The position numbers and the translations under genes were made by a program. A DNA stretch of 64,000 bases. Source: Octopus vulgaris (lineage: Eukaryota). This document shows positions 24,401-38,405 of this stretch, in pieces; within the stretch, counting starts at the first letter, position 1, and each line of letters opens with the position of its first letter. Location of the stretch: the NCBI GenBank assembly GCA_951406725.2, contig OX597830.1, positions 22,382,001 through 22,446,000 of the forward strand, written 5' to 3'. Below the pieces are notes generated by a model. The model was not told the DNA's origin. It saw only the letters and a program-made list of their open reading frames with translations, and did not search any database.

Positions 24401-27400
24401 GTTAAAAGAGCTCAGCTAACGTTAAACCATCTTTAGCATTAGAAAACTAGAAGTGAAAAGTAAAAAACAGACTTACTGCTCATGTGGGGGTTTGAAAACC
24501 TGAGAGAGGCTGATGGCTTCCATGGTGATGCCCAGGGGTCAGTGAACATGCGGAAGGTGCATTGGCGAGAGGTCAGCAAGGGTAGTAGGGGACTCACATC
24601 TGTTACCCAAATTCCAATACGCCTAAAAAGTGGAGAGGAGAAAAGAATGTTATAAGGATATAATGTGTCTACATGTAATATGCATATAAAAGGTTTGATC
24701 AAAAAGTATCAGGACCACTGCTGTGGTAAGAGAATTAAAGTACACAGAGTGAAGCTGCCTGGCACTGATTGGCCTTGAACTCTGTCATGCATGCACATTA
24801 AATAACATTCTTGCTCACTTCCGTTGTTTATAGCAGTACTTGGAAGTAGTGTCGCTATCAGAATTGCATGAATCTTGTGGTGTTAGCAGTGTTATGGGCT
24901 ATGATGAGCTATGTGGTGTTGGTGGAGAGGATGGTAGATGAGGCAAAAGGGAAGTGAAGACTGCAGGGGCCGGCGGAAGAGTGAAAGGGGCATGCGTGGG
25001 CAGGAAGCACACGTGGGTGGTTCGAGCTGAGACGGCAGAGAGGCAAGACATGTTTAATTCGTGAGAGTGACCACTGATTCCGCCGAGGTCAACAGGTAAG
25101 GCCTTTTGTATTTCTTTTTCTGTTGTCCTTTTCTTCCATCACACTACACATCTAATGAGAAGCAGTTCTACCATGACAAAGCACCTGTCCATTCAGCGCA
25201 GTTTTTGGCCGAGCACAACATTCCCCATGTTCAACAACCACCATACTTCCCAAATCTTTCCCTTGTGACTTTTTCCTCTTTCCAAAACTCAAATCCCACT
25301 TGAAAGAGATGTGACGATGTGGCTGTTCGCTATCCCCAAAAAAGGAGTTCCAGGAATGCTTCTATCAATAGAAACAATGTTTGATAAAGTGTGTGGCTTC
25401 AGAAGGAGACTGCTTCGAAGGTAATTAAATGCTGAATTGATATGTGTTGTAGTTTTCTTTTTATAGCGCCAACCCTGATGCTTTCTGATCAAGCCTCATA
25501 TGTATACACCTGTCTCTGTGTTTAGCAAGTATCTTTTCAACCATGTGGTTTAGGCTTAGTTCTACTGTGTAGCACCTTAGGCAAGTCTTTCATTATGCTT
25601 CATAAGAAGTAGGTTGATTAGCAGAACTAATTTAACATTGGTGGCAAAAGAATTTAAAGGAGGTGCAGTTTAGTTTGCATAGAAGATGAACATAACTGTT
25701 GTGGGAAGAGAGTGTGAATGTGTGTGTGTATGTATTTATACATGTCTATGATTATGTTTCTTTGTGATTGTATTTATATGTGTATGCACATGTATATATT
25801 TGCACACATGTATATATTTGCACAAATGTGCATTTATTTGGACATATATTTCTATGTATGTATGTTTGTGTGTGTATATGCATATAAAGAAGTATTAATT
25901 ACCCTGTGTGCATAAGCGAAAGTAGGGTGTTGTAGTCACTCGTCTGTGTGTTTGCAAAATTACTGGAAAATGGCTGAATGGATTTTCACTAAATTTGGTA
26001 GAAATACTCACTGGGTGAGTGGCTCAAACTCATTATTTTGATTTGATTATCCTCAAAACTGGCAGACAGGTGAATCAAAATGTTTTTTCTTTGTTACATA
26101 TGCATAAACGATAAGCAGGGGAAATAACTGTTGATATAATAAAATTTTGTTGAAATATGAATTCGTCTGAGATTATTCCTTTATTTGTTTCAGTCATTTG
26201 ACTGTGACCATGCTGGAGCACCGCCTTTAGTCGAGCAAATCGATCCCAGGTCTTATTCTTTGTAAGCCTAGTACTTATTCTATCGGTCTCTTTTGCCGAA
26301 ACACTAAGTTACAGGGATGTAAACACACCAGCATCGGTTGTCAAGCGATGCTGGGGGACAATCACAGACACACAAACACACACATACAACGGGCTTCTTT
26401 CAGTTTCCTTCTATCAAATCCACTCACAAGGCTTTGGTTGGCCCGAGGCTATAGTAGAAGACACTTGCCCAAGGTGCCACGCAGTGGGACTGAACCTGGA
26501 ATCATGCGGTTCGTAAGCAAGCTACTTACCACACAGCCACTCCTACCCCTCCAATGTCTTTTTTTTCATTGTGTATGCATTTACATGTGTGTATGAAAAC
26601 GTTCATTTGTGTCCATTTGCTGTGTATTCTTCTCTTCCTCCTTTAACGTCCGTTTTCCATGTTGGCATGGGTCGGATGATTTGACCAGAGCTGGCAAGCT
26701 GGAGAGCTGCACCAGGTTCCAACCTGATTTGGCTTGGTTTCTATGGCTGGATGCCCTTTCAACCACTTTACAGTGTGTGCAGGGTGCTTTTAACATGGCA
26801 CTGGCACAAGCCCTGTTACGTGGCACCGGCACAGGACTCTTGCAGGTCAGTCCTCTTCACCAGGGGATGCTGCCATCATCATCGTCGTCGTTTTAATGTC
26901 CACCTTCCATACTAGCATGGGCAGGACGGTTTCACAAGAGCCGGGCAGGTAGTTTATTTGTATGTGTGTATGAATATATCTTTCTGTGTATGTTTATACC
27001 TTCATACATATATTATATATGTATGGATATGTTGCATTTGTCAGTTTTTACGTGTGTGTGCATTTGCATGTTTTATCTGTTTGAGCATATGTGTGAGAGC
27101 ATGCAAAGCTAAAAATTAACAGTTCCTTTGTGCAAATTACAGAATTTTCAGAACCTTCAAACCCATGTGAACATGAATATACAACAAAACGAATCAAGGA
27201 AAGAAAAAAAAAAAACTAAGGCAGTGTGCTAAGAAGCTTGTTTCCCAATCACATGGTTCTTGGTTCAGTCCCACTGTGTTGTACCTTAGGCAATTGTTTT
27301 CTACTATAACCTTGGGCCAACCAAAGCCCTGTGAGTGGATTTGGTAGATAAAAACTGAAAATGGCCTATCATATTTATATATATATATCTATGTGTATAA

Positions 27401-29394
27401 CCTTCATGCTTGTGTTTGTCCTCCACCTCCACTTGACAGCAGTTGTTGGTGCATTTACATCCCTGTAACTTAGCAGTTCACCAAATAGAGACCAATAGAA
27501 TAACTGCCAGGGTTAAAAAGAAATAAGTCCTGGGATTGATTTGTTAGACTAATTTCCCTCAAGGTGGTGCCCCAGTATGGCGGCTGTCAAATGACTGAAA
27601 CAAGTAAAAGTTAAGAAAAAGAAAGAAAAATAAAATACCTGCGGAATGGTGTAATCCATCGTCCTAGTTCCATGTTGCACAATGGGGAAGACTGATTACA
27701 GCACACATGTAACCCAACAGTGCGGTCCCATGCAGGGCAGTCTTCATCTCTGGTGCCAGGACAAGACAGGTTCACTTGCAGTTCAAAGGTTGAGTAGGTT
27801 CTCAAAGCTGGAATGATAAAGGACATAGGGGGAGAAAATGGAGATTAACCCTAAAGCATTTAAACTGGCCATATCCGGCCCAAATACTCCACTTATTTTA
27901 TACTCAAACCAGCCAGAGCCAGCCTCTCATACTTACTCTATAATGTTATTCTAAAAGTACACAGTCATGTCATTGAAATCTTGGACCTATGAGATAATGC
28001 ATGATTAATCCAAAGCAATGTGAATAAGCAAGAATTACATTTGTTAAAATAATCTGAATACTAAAAGGTTTAGCAGACAAAAGACAGTTATGGTCATAGG
28101 ATTCCTTAAATTGTCATAGTTATCACATCTGTTTCATTATATTACTTTAATCATACCACCACAGTGCTGCAACAGTCATCATCATCGACTGTCCACTGTA
28201 GGTCGACGTTGACTGCTCTGTTTAGACCCCTTCATCATCATCATCGTCCGTTTTCCATGCTAGCATGGGTTGGACGGTTCGACCGGGGTCTGGGAAGCCA
28301 GGAGGTTATACCAGGCTCCAGTCTGATCTGGCAGTGTTTCTACAGCCTGATGCCCTTCCTAATGCCAACCACTCCATGAGTGTAGTGGGTGCTTTTTATG
28401 TACCACTGGCATAGGTGCCAGGGGAGGCTGGCATTGGCCACAATCGGTTGGTGCTTTTTAGGTGTCACAGGCACAGAAGCCAGTCAAGGCGACGCTGGCA
28501 TCAGCCATGTTCAGATGGTGCTTTTTACGGGTGGTGAATAAGGCAGTTGGTATTGTCCCCACTGCTAGACTGCCTCTCTGGGACTCCATGCCAGATACTA
28601 AGTGGTGTACAAGAGTGCAATGAGCATGGTGAGTGCAATGGTCAATGATGAGGCTGCCTTGCAGTTGCAGCTCACTTGCTAGATGATGCCCAAACCATTG
28701 TTCGGTGGTACAGCTCATTTGCTTGGTCACAATAACCTTCAAGCCACTGGTCTAGGACTTCTCTGCCCTGTCAGTTATTCAATGTCCTGCTGTCAATGTC
28801 TTCACCATATCTGCCTCCCTGGGCCTCCATGTCAGATACCATGTGATGCATGAGCATGCAGTGAGCATGGTTCAAGCTGCTGATCTAGGACTCCTCTGCC
28901 TTGTCAGTTATTTGACATCCTGCTGCCAATGTCTTCACCATATCTGCTTCTCTGGGCCTGCTGTCAACATCTTCACCATCTCCCTGACACAGGAGGTGGA
29001 GAGGTTGCTAGCACTTATTCAAGGTACCACCCCAGTCTGTGGATGGAAAGGGCAACTTACTCAAGTTATTCATTGCTAAACTGAACACATACAGTCTGTG
29101 TTGTAAAAGTACCTCTTGCTCTTGTGAAACTGTTGTGCTGTGCTCACTAGGATGCAGTAGTAGAACAGGTTTATAGACCTAGGCAGGGTGTTGATAGAGT
29201 TGAAAAGAAGGTAAAATATAACCATATTATAGGCGCAGGAGTGGCTGCGTGGTAAGTAGCTTGCTTATGAACTACATGGTTCCGGGTTCAGTCCCACTGC
29301 GTGGCACCTTAGGCAAATATCTTCTACTATAGCCTTGGGCCGACCAAAGCCTTGTGAGTGGATTTGGTAGACAGAAACTGAAAGAAGCCGGTCG

Positions 29395-29425
<31 letters not shown>

Positions 29426-32400
29426 GTGCGTATGTTTGTGTCTATGTTTGTCCCTAAAACATCGCTTGACAACCGATGCTGGTGAGTTTACGTCCCCGTA
29501 ACTTAGCTGTTCGGCAAAAGAGACCGATAGAATAAGTACTAGGCTTACAAAGAATAATTCCTGGGGTCGATTTGCTCGACTAAAGGAAGTGCTCCAGCAT
29601 GGCCACAGTCAAATGACTGAAACAAGTAAAAGAGTAAAAAAGAGTATATCATATTTTACAAATATAATACTGACAATAGCTGAAATTCTTTCTAAAACAC
29701 CAACCCACACAAAATGCTCCTGATTTTATTAAATAAACTTCTTGCTTTAAAGTGTTCTAAATTAAAGCCTTCCTTCTATCAAAATTTCATGTTAAATTAT
29801 GTTCTAAATACTAGCTTAATGATGACAAAATTATTTTAATAAATTTTTCACTATTTTCAAAATTATTTAAAGATGCAGGAGTGGCTGTGTGGTAAGTAGC
29901 TTGCTTACCAACAACATGGTTCTGGGTTCAGATCCACTGCATGGCACCTTGGGCAAGTGTCTTCCACTATAGCTTGGGCCAACCAAAGCCTTGTGAATGG
30001 ATTTGGTAGACAGAAACTGAAAGAAGCCCGTTGTATATATGTATATATACATATATATATATGTGTGTATGTGTGTCTGTGTTTGTCCCCCAGCATCGCT
30101 TGACAACTGATGGTGGTGTGTTTACGTCAATGTAACTTAGCTGTTCGGCAAAAGAGACCGATAAAATAAGTACTAGGCTTACAAAGAATAAGTCCTGGGG
30201 TCGATTTGCTCGACTAAAGGCGGTGCTCCAGTATGGCCGCAGTCAAATGACTGAAACAAGTAAAAGAGAAAAGAGAGTAAAGACATTGTATTTCAACAGA
30301 AATATGGCACCAAAAGGGTTAACTTTGACCACAGAAACAATGGCATATCAGTGAAAAGACAGGTTTGTGAAATACTGAGTTTGCGAAATACCTACTTTCC
30401 AAAGGTGGTAATGTAACATTGGCAACAATTCCACTTTTGCCTTGCATTGTGGCATTCTCAAATAAGGGCACAAGAAGGTCTTTGTTCCAGAGTCTTCTCT
30501 CGAGTTTGTTTTGAAATTTCATCCTGAAATATTGAATTTAGAGAAGTGACATTCTTACAAATAATGGTAAAATTATAATACACACACAAACAGGGACACA
30601 TATACACACACACTGATGGATGGGCTGGCCTACTCATACACACATTGACACAAACACACACGGATGGACAGACACACAATCAAACACACACACACAAACA
30701 CAAAAGGGTGGATGGACAGATATAATTCACATACACACACATTAACAAATACTCATACAGAGGGTGAGGTGACAGACATACTCATTACATACATTGACAC
30801 AAATACAAATGGACAGATACAGATATACACACACACTTTGACAAACACACACACACACACACTTGCACTGATGGATGGGCAGACATACTCATACACACAT
30901 TCTTTTCTACTCTAGGCACAAGGCCTGAAATTTTGGAGGAGGGGCCAGTTGATTAGATCAACCCCAGTACACAACTGGTACTTAATTTATCAACCCCGAA
31001 AGGATGAAAGGCAAAGTCGACCTCAGCGGAATTTGAACTCAATGTAAAGACAGATGAAATACTGCTAAGCATGCTAACGTTTCTGCCAGCTTGCCGCCTT
31101 TACTCATACACACATTGACACAAACATACACAGAAGGGCGAACAGACACATGCATTAATACACACATACACATGCATTTGCATTAATACATGCACACACA
31201 CATGCACACACAGAAATGGCTGATGAGACACACACTTAAAAACATGGACATAGATCTTTAAAAATTATTACAAAATATGAAATCAAAATAATTACATAAA
31301 TATTCAATTAAAATTAAATTTAGATGGTAAATAATAAATATAATAAATGTAATAAAACAAACACAAACCATATCAAAATGCACACTCACCATTCTGCTTG
31401 CCATACCAAAAAGTTTGCTGATGGATACAACATCCATCCAACTTCTGTCAGTTTACCCAATGGATCAATGGCCATATAGAAATTTTGCGATGGTGTGTTC
31501 TGGAATTTTATAGTTAATGGACCATTGCTGTATAAAACAGAACAGAGTATGAAATGAAAATGAAAATTATTTAGAAACATTTTCCTCCCCTTAATTTATA
31601 CATTATTTATATCTTTATATCAAAATACACAGTTATATCTTGAGATAGCTTGTAATGACAATGCTCAAGATATAATACAGACTGGAGTTGTAGTGCTCCA
31701 AATGAGCTATGTTCCACTTCTTAATTTGAGCGGAGACAATGCGAGCAGAAACTAAAGGAACATTACTAAAATCTCTGTGTGAGGATTTTAGTAATGTTCC
31801 TTTAGTTACTGCTCGCATTGCCTCCGCTCAAATATCTTTATATCATCTTCATCACCATTTAATGTCATTCTTTCCATGCTGGCATGGGTTGGCCAATTTA
31901 ATAAAGATACTAAACCAGGGGACTGCACCAAGCTCCAATGTTTGCTATGATACTGTTTCTACAGCTGGTTGCCCTTCCTAATGCTAACCACTTGACTGAG
32001 TGTACTGGAACTGGGTGCTTTTTACATGGCACTAGTACCAGTGAGGTCACTGAGTAATTCACAAGATAAGACACCCTCAACTGAGGAGGTGTAGTATTGA
32101 GGGAGTCGGGGCTTTATAAAAAGAAACGGTAAAATTACTTTCTCGATACATGCTGACTCATAAGGGCCAGTTTCCTGGTTTTGTGGCATATACATTCCCC
32201 ACCTGAATGGGATACCGGTCCATCACAGGATTACTCATTTTAGCCAGCTGAGTGGATTGGAGCAATGTGAAATGAAAGGTTTTGCTCAAGAATACAACGT
32301 GTTGCCTGATCCAGAAATTGAAACCACAATATTCTAATCACGAGTCCAGCACCCTAACCACTAAGCCACACACCTCCATGAGGGGTCAAGCCTTTAGTAT

Positions 32401-35400
32401 TTAAACAGGTCATATCTGGCCCAAATATTCTACCTGTTTTATATTCAAACTAGCCAGATCTGGCCTCTCACAACATCCTTTTAAAGATAAACAGTTACCT
32501 CATCAAAACCTCAAAGTTACAAGGTAATGCAAGACTAATTCAAACCATGTGAATAAATAAGCATTACATTGGACAGAATAATGTGAACCCTAAAGGGTTA
32601 AAGTATGATAGACAGACAGAAACAGGTATCTTGCTCAAGAAGAGATACATGGCTACCCCATATTTATATTTATATAAATTAATCAACATGATAAAATAAA
32701 ATGTGAATGATGTGTAGATAGACTAATAGTGAGAGAGAAAGAGAGAGCAAGGGAGGGAGAGAAGAAGAGAGAGAAAGAGAGACATAAATTGAAGGACAGA
32801 TAGGTATTTTATTTAACTGTCAAAGATATAGATATATTTACAATAACATGTCATTTATTTATATGCTCACCGCCTTTAAATGTAAATTTCTATTAACGTA
32901 AATTTCTATTTCAACCAATGTAAATTTCTATTAATGAAAATTTCTATCATAGGATCTCTTCATTCCTGGTCTTGTCAAAGAGAATAATATTCATAATTTG
33001 TTGCAATAGTCTTATCATATTTGCATGTAACTCGTCTACTTGGACTTTATGGACTGTCAAGGTTTCAACTCCATGCAATAGGAAAGAAAGTGCTATAGCC
33101 TAGTGTACCTGATATACCTATACATTTAATCTGTGAAAAATCTTCAAATTACATTGCATTACCTTAGAAAAATAAAGGAGACATACGCATCTAAGATAAT
33201 AATACATCTGGATACATTACATCTTAACCCTTTAGTATTCAGATTACTCTGTTAAATATAATACTTTTTCATTCAAATTGTTTTGAATTAATCATGCATT
33301 ATCTTATAGCTTTGAGGTTTCAGTGATGTGATTGTTTATTTTTAGCATGACATTGTAGGTTAAGTGTGAGAGGATAGATATCGCCAGTTTGAATGTAAAA
33401 CATTTAGAATATTTGGGCCGGATATAGCCGGTTTAAACACTAAAGGGTTAAGCAATGGTGGGATTGTCATGAATTGAACACCTTTGATCAGAGATGTGCT
33501 CAATCAAGGCTGAACTGGTGTTAACAACTGCAAGAAACACAGCTATTATATTCACAACATACATAATATGATACATGGCTATCTTTAAGATTAAATTTAT
33601 CTCTTTTGCACTCAATAAGAAATAAATAAAAATCTTATTGAGGGGTGTCTGATTTTATCACTGTAGCAAATGAGAAAAGGATAAGGATTGAAGAGAAATT
33701 TCACTCACTGTAATACTGGTTTACTATATGGTACCGCTGTGGCAAAGATGGCCAATGGTTTTGTGCACTGCTCTCCATTACAGTTCATGTCTTGAAGTGG
33801 TTCACCTGGACGCATCATGATAACCGCTCCTTTGTAACCAGCAGCCTGTACATTGGTGATCTACAAGAATGGGAAGAGAGAGACAGAAAGAAGGAAAAAG
33901 TAGGGGAGAGAAAGTGAGATTTTGAAAGAAATTTTTGTAATCTTTATCATCATGAACAACATCATTATCATGATCATTATCCCCTACCCAGTTATCTCCA
34001 TCTTTAATGTAGTTTGCTCCAGCCGTAGCCCTTTCTGATTATGCCCGGCATCCTTTCTCTCACTTAGTTTTGATATCTGTTGCCTCTTTCAATAATGTCA
34101 AAAGAGCCCCAAGTTATTTGTGTGTGTGTGCGCATGCACTCTAATAGTTAAGAATAAGATGACCAATAGTTTTTTGGCACATGAATGTGGCTTTCAATCT
34201 GTTGGCTTTCCTGAAAACTGAGTCTTTCTTCCATACGTGCATTCTTGCTTGGGTCTTTTTTGTTTAACAAACAGTTTTGTTTTTGGTGATTGTATAATAT
34301 AATTCTTATCCAAGTAAAACGAGTTACAAGTTCTTTTCTTCTTCACTGGAATCTACAGTTCTATATTTAAAAGATGAGGAATGATTTACATTATGTACGT
34401 TATTTACATTCGACGGATATTTGTCCTCATCTTGTTTGTTGTTAATACAATGTTTCGGCTGATATACCCTCCGGCCTTCTTCAGGTGTCTTGGGGGAAAT
34501 TTCAAACCTGGGTTCTCATTCCTAAGGTAGTTTTCGATGTTGTTGTTGTTATTATTATTATTATTGTTGTTGTTGTTCAGGTCACTGCTTGGAATTGAAC
34601 TCGAAATCTTGGGGTTAGTAGCCCGCACTCTTAACCACCACGCCACATGCCCGTGTTGTATTAACAACAAACAAGATGAGGACAAATATCCATCGAATGT
34701 AAATAATGTAAATAATTCACTGGAATCTAGTCGAATATATTTCCTTACTCCAGTACTGAAGGCTCAAATTACAATTACAACATTAATAAATAGAGAATAC
34801 CAAACAAGTTCCCTATGGATACCGTATTTATTACAACGAGTGGCTTGTAAACGTATCTAACGAGCGAAAGCGAGTTAGATACGTTTACAAGCCACTCGTT
34901 GTAATAAATACGGTATCCATAGGGAACTTGTTTGGTATTCTCTATTTATTACACACGAATAAACGACCATATTTTATTAACCTAATAACTAAATTCTTCA
35001 CGTTTAGTTGTAACTTATGAATGACAAAAGTAGTGCCGTGACCTCGGGTCATCACCATGTATTGACCAATCAGAAGCAGCGCTGTCACTGTGACCTCGGG
35101 TCATCACCATGGATTGACCAATCAGAAGCAGCGCTCGCAGTATCTGACATATGTTAGATACCAAAAATATCTCAAAGTATTCTCACTCACATGTGTGTAA
35201 TAAAGAAAGATATATGTTTTTGTGTTATAAAGAGGGTCTGTATGATCTTATGTGTTTGAAATTGTTCCAAGTTTATCTAATGTTTATTTAATGTAATACC
35301 TGTTGAAAAATGCTGCAGCCATTATTGTAGACCAAAGCAACTTTGTCTGGCGGTGAAAGGTGGGGGATACGTTTGCAGCCATTCCATATTATGTCTAATT

Positions 35401-38367
35401 CAACAGTCTTGTTGATGAAGTTCTTTGGTGAAGGTAACCAGTCATAGCGTGCATCCAAGCGTTTCAAAGTGACTGGCAAATGATTTCCTGTAGGAAGAAA
35501 ATTCATTCAAGCATTTATAAAATAATTTATGGAGTGGTAGTAGACAGATTTTATGTTTTGTTTGGCTTGTAATCAATGAGTTGTTAATTAAGGAAATATG
35601 ATGTCCAAATTTTTTTAAGCTTAATTCTTTACCATTTAAACTGGCCGTAATAGTCTACTTGTTTTATGTTCCAACTGGTCAGATCCAGCCTTTCACACCT
35701 ACCTCACAATGTCGTTCTAAAAATAAACAATCACATCATTGAAATTTGAAGACTACAAGTTAATGTATGATTAATTCAAAACAATATGAATTAATAAGCA
35801 TTACATTTGACAGAATAATCTGAATGCTAAAGGGTTAATGATATCCAAGACAATCAAAATGGTATCATGAGAACTATTTTTGAAATTGGAAAACAATTAA
35901 GGGAAGACAGATATCTAAAAGTGGCCAAGAAATGTTTAGTTTTGGAAAGAAAGAGTGCCAGAATGTAAGAATCGTTTGGTGACCATAACATTGTCTGGAG
36001 TGGTATTGATATGATTTCGTTTGGCTGGATAAGGTACCAGACTTGCTGAGTTCAAAATAGTTCCAGGGTTTGCATCACTAGAAGAGTATTCTGTGTCTGT
36101 CTCAAAAGCATTTAACATACTTTTAAGCATTTTTTGGTTTGCGTACATTTGGAGACTGACAACATCTGAAGGGACAGTAGTATGTAGTTCAGATATTTTT
36201 TTCAAGGGTCACGCACCGTTTTTAGGTCTGTATCTGGCTCACTTCCCAATGCAGTGGTGTGGAAAAGAAAAGAACACAGAAAGACTACACAAAGAAGAGA
36301 AGAATTTCTTTAGCCTTGCCAGAGTTGAGACAACTTCTCTGGCGCCAGTGAATAAATGTGCTGAGACTAAATGGGGTAGAGGGGACTCTTAAGTTTTATC
36401 AGGGATTAAACAACCCCTCTAGAGGTGAATGGAAGAAAAGGGACGACGTAGAGTAGAGAGGATAAAGAGTCTCATCCGAGACAAAACAACTTCATAGATA
36501 ATGTACACTTGACTATTATACTTGTATGTCTATCATATTTGTATGTCTATTTAAATAGGTGTTAATCTCAACAATTATGTAGATATGAAAGCGGTGAGCT
36601 GGCAGAACCATTAGCAAACCAAGCAAAATGCTTCATGACATTTCATATGTCTTTATGTTCTGAGTTCAAATTCTGCCTAGGTTGATAAAATGAATATCAG
36701 TTGAAAACTGGAGTTGATGTAATCGGCTAGCACCTGCCCTCACCGAATTTGCTGGCCTTGTGCCAAAATTTGAAACCAATATTTACCTAGATATGCTTTG
36801 ACTTGAGCCTCGGCTCCCTATGGTGTTATGCTAAAAATCACAAAGCACACACTAAAAAATAGCCGGCAAAAGGAAGGATATTAATAAAAGAACAACATAA
36901 AATAACAATAGCAACAACATGAATATTACCTTCAAAATTAATGATCACTTGGTCATGCCCACAACCATGGTCAGAACATGCCCATTCATTCAAGCAGTCA
37001 GGAATCCAATTGGTCAAATTTGACACAGACTGGATAGCAAAGTGAAAATTTTTATGATTGAATTTCCAATTGGAACTTGACTTGGTCCTGGTAAAATAGT
37101 AAAAATTAAAATAAGGGTAGGGATAGAGTAAACAAGTAGTGAAAATTTTAAAAAAAATTTGATAATTAAAAAAAATTCTTAATTAAAAAAAGTTATTAAA
37201 AAAATATGCATATAAAAACAAATTGTTTAGGTCATGCATGGCTGTGTGGTAAGAAGTTTGCTTCCCAACCACAAGGTTTTGGGTTCAGTCCTACAGTGTG
37301 GCAGCTTGGGAAAATGTTTTCTACTATAACCTCGGGTTGACCAAAGTCTTGAGTGGATTTGGTTGACAGAAACTGAAAGAAGCCTGCCATACATATGTGT
37401 GTGTGTGTGTCCCACCCCACTTGACAACTGGTGCTGGTGTGTCTATGTCTCCAAAACTTAGTGGTTTGGCAAAAGAGACTGATAAAATAAGTACCAGGCT
37501 TAAAACAAAAACAGTTCTGGGGTTGATTTGTTTAACTAAAATTCTTCAAGGTGGTGCCCCAGCATGACCGCAAGTCTAGTGACTGAAACATGTAAAAGAT
37601 AGAAGAGATAAAAAGTTAAAGATTGAAGATCAGTGAACAAAGATATTTAAATTATGCTACACAGATAATGTACACTTGACTATTATACTTGTATATCTGT
37701 TTAAATAGGTTTTAATCTCAACGTTAATGTAAATATGATTTGTTCAGGGTCCTCAGCTCTCTATGGAGTCGCCAGGGAGCTGTCATGTTTATTTTGTTTA
37801 AACTGATCAGTCAAAGTCTTCTTTTGCATAACTCAGCTTTGTATTATAAAAATAGACAAAAAAATGTAATTTAGTCAGATAATATCTGGCATTCAAAAAA
37901 GGAAAAACACCATGTCTGAAAACTGTTGTCCAACCATTAGGCAGTGACAGCCACTACTGTCACCATTCCACAACACAACAACCACAGCCACATGGCTCCT
38001 ATTGTTATAACTTGTTAACAATAGCATGCACCATAACACATTAGACTCTTGAGTTTCCCACTTGTGAAGAACTGCTATCAGCAAAAGACAGCTTGCCATC
38101 ATGCTTGCATACATGCACATTGTTATATATACATAAGTGAAAATGTTCTCATACACACATACATGAATATACGCACATATGCTTATTATTATAAGACCAC
38201 TATCACACAAAACACACTGTAACTTTATACATAATAAAATCTAATTTAACCCTAATTGATTTATGAATGTACGTATGTTAGCCTTGAAGAAAATCTTTCA
38301 CTGGAGAATGGAAAACACATTGTATATAATGACAATGAAGGCAAAAACGAAGAGGAAGAGTAAGAAG

Positions 38368-38405
<38 letters not shown>

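Noticed and set aside
34580-34652. tRNA gene
   Set aside because: Imperfect acceptor stem and embedded in a repeated composite, so treated as a SINE head. The same applies to SINE-A and SINE-B heads.
35936-36392. Moderately complex ORFs in intron 2
   Set aside because: No recognisable motif, and the gene's exon phases close without them.
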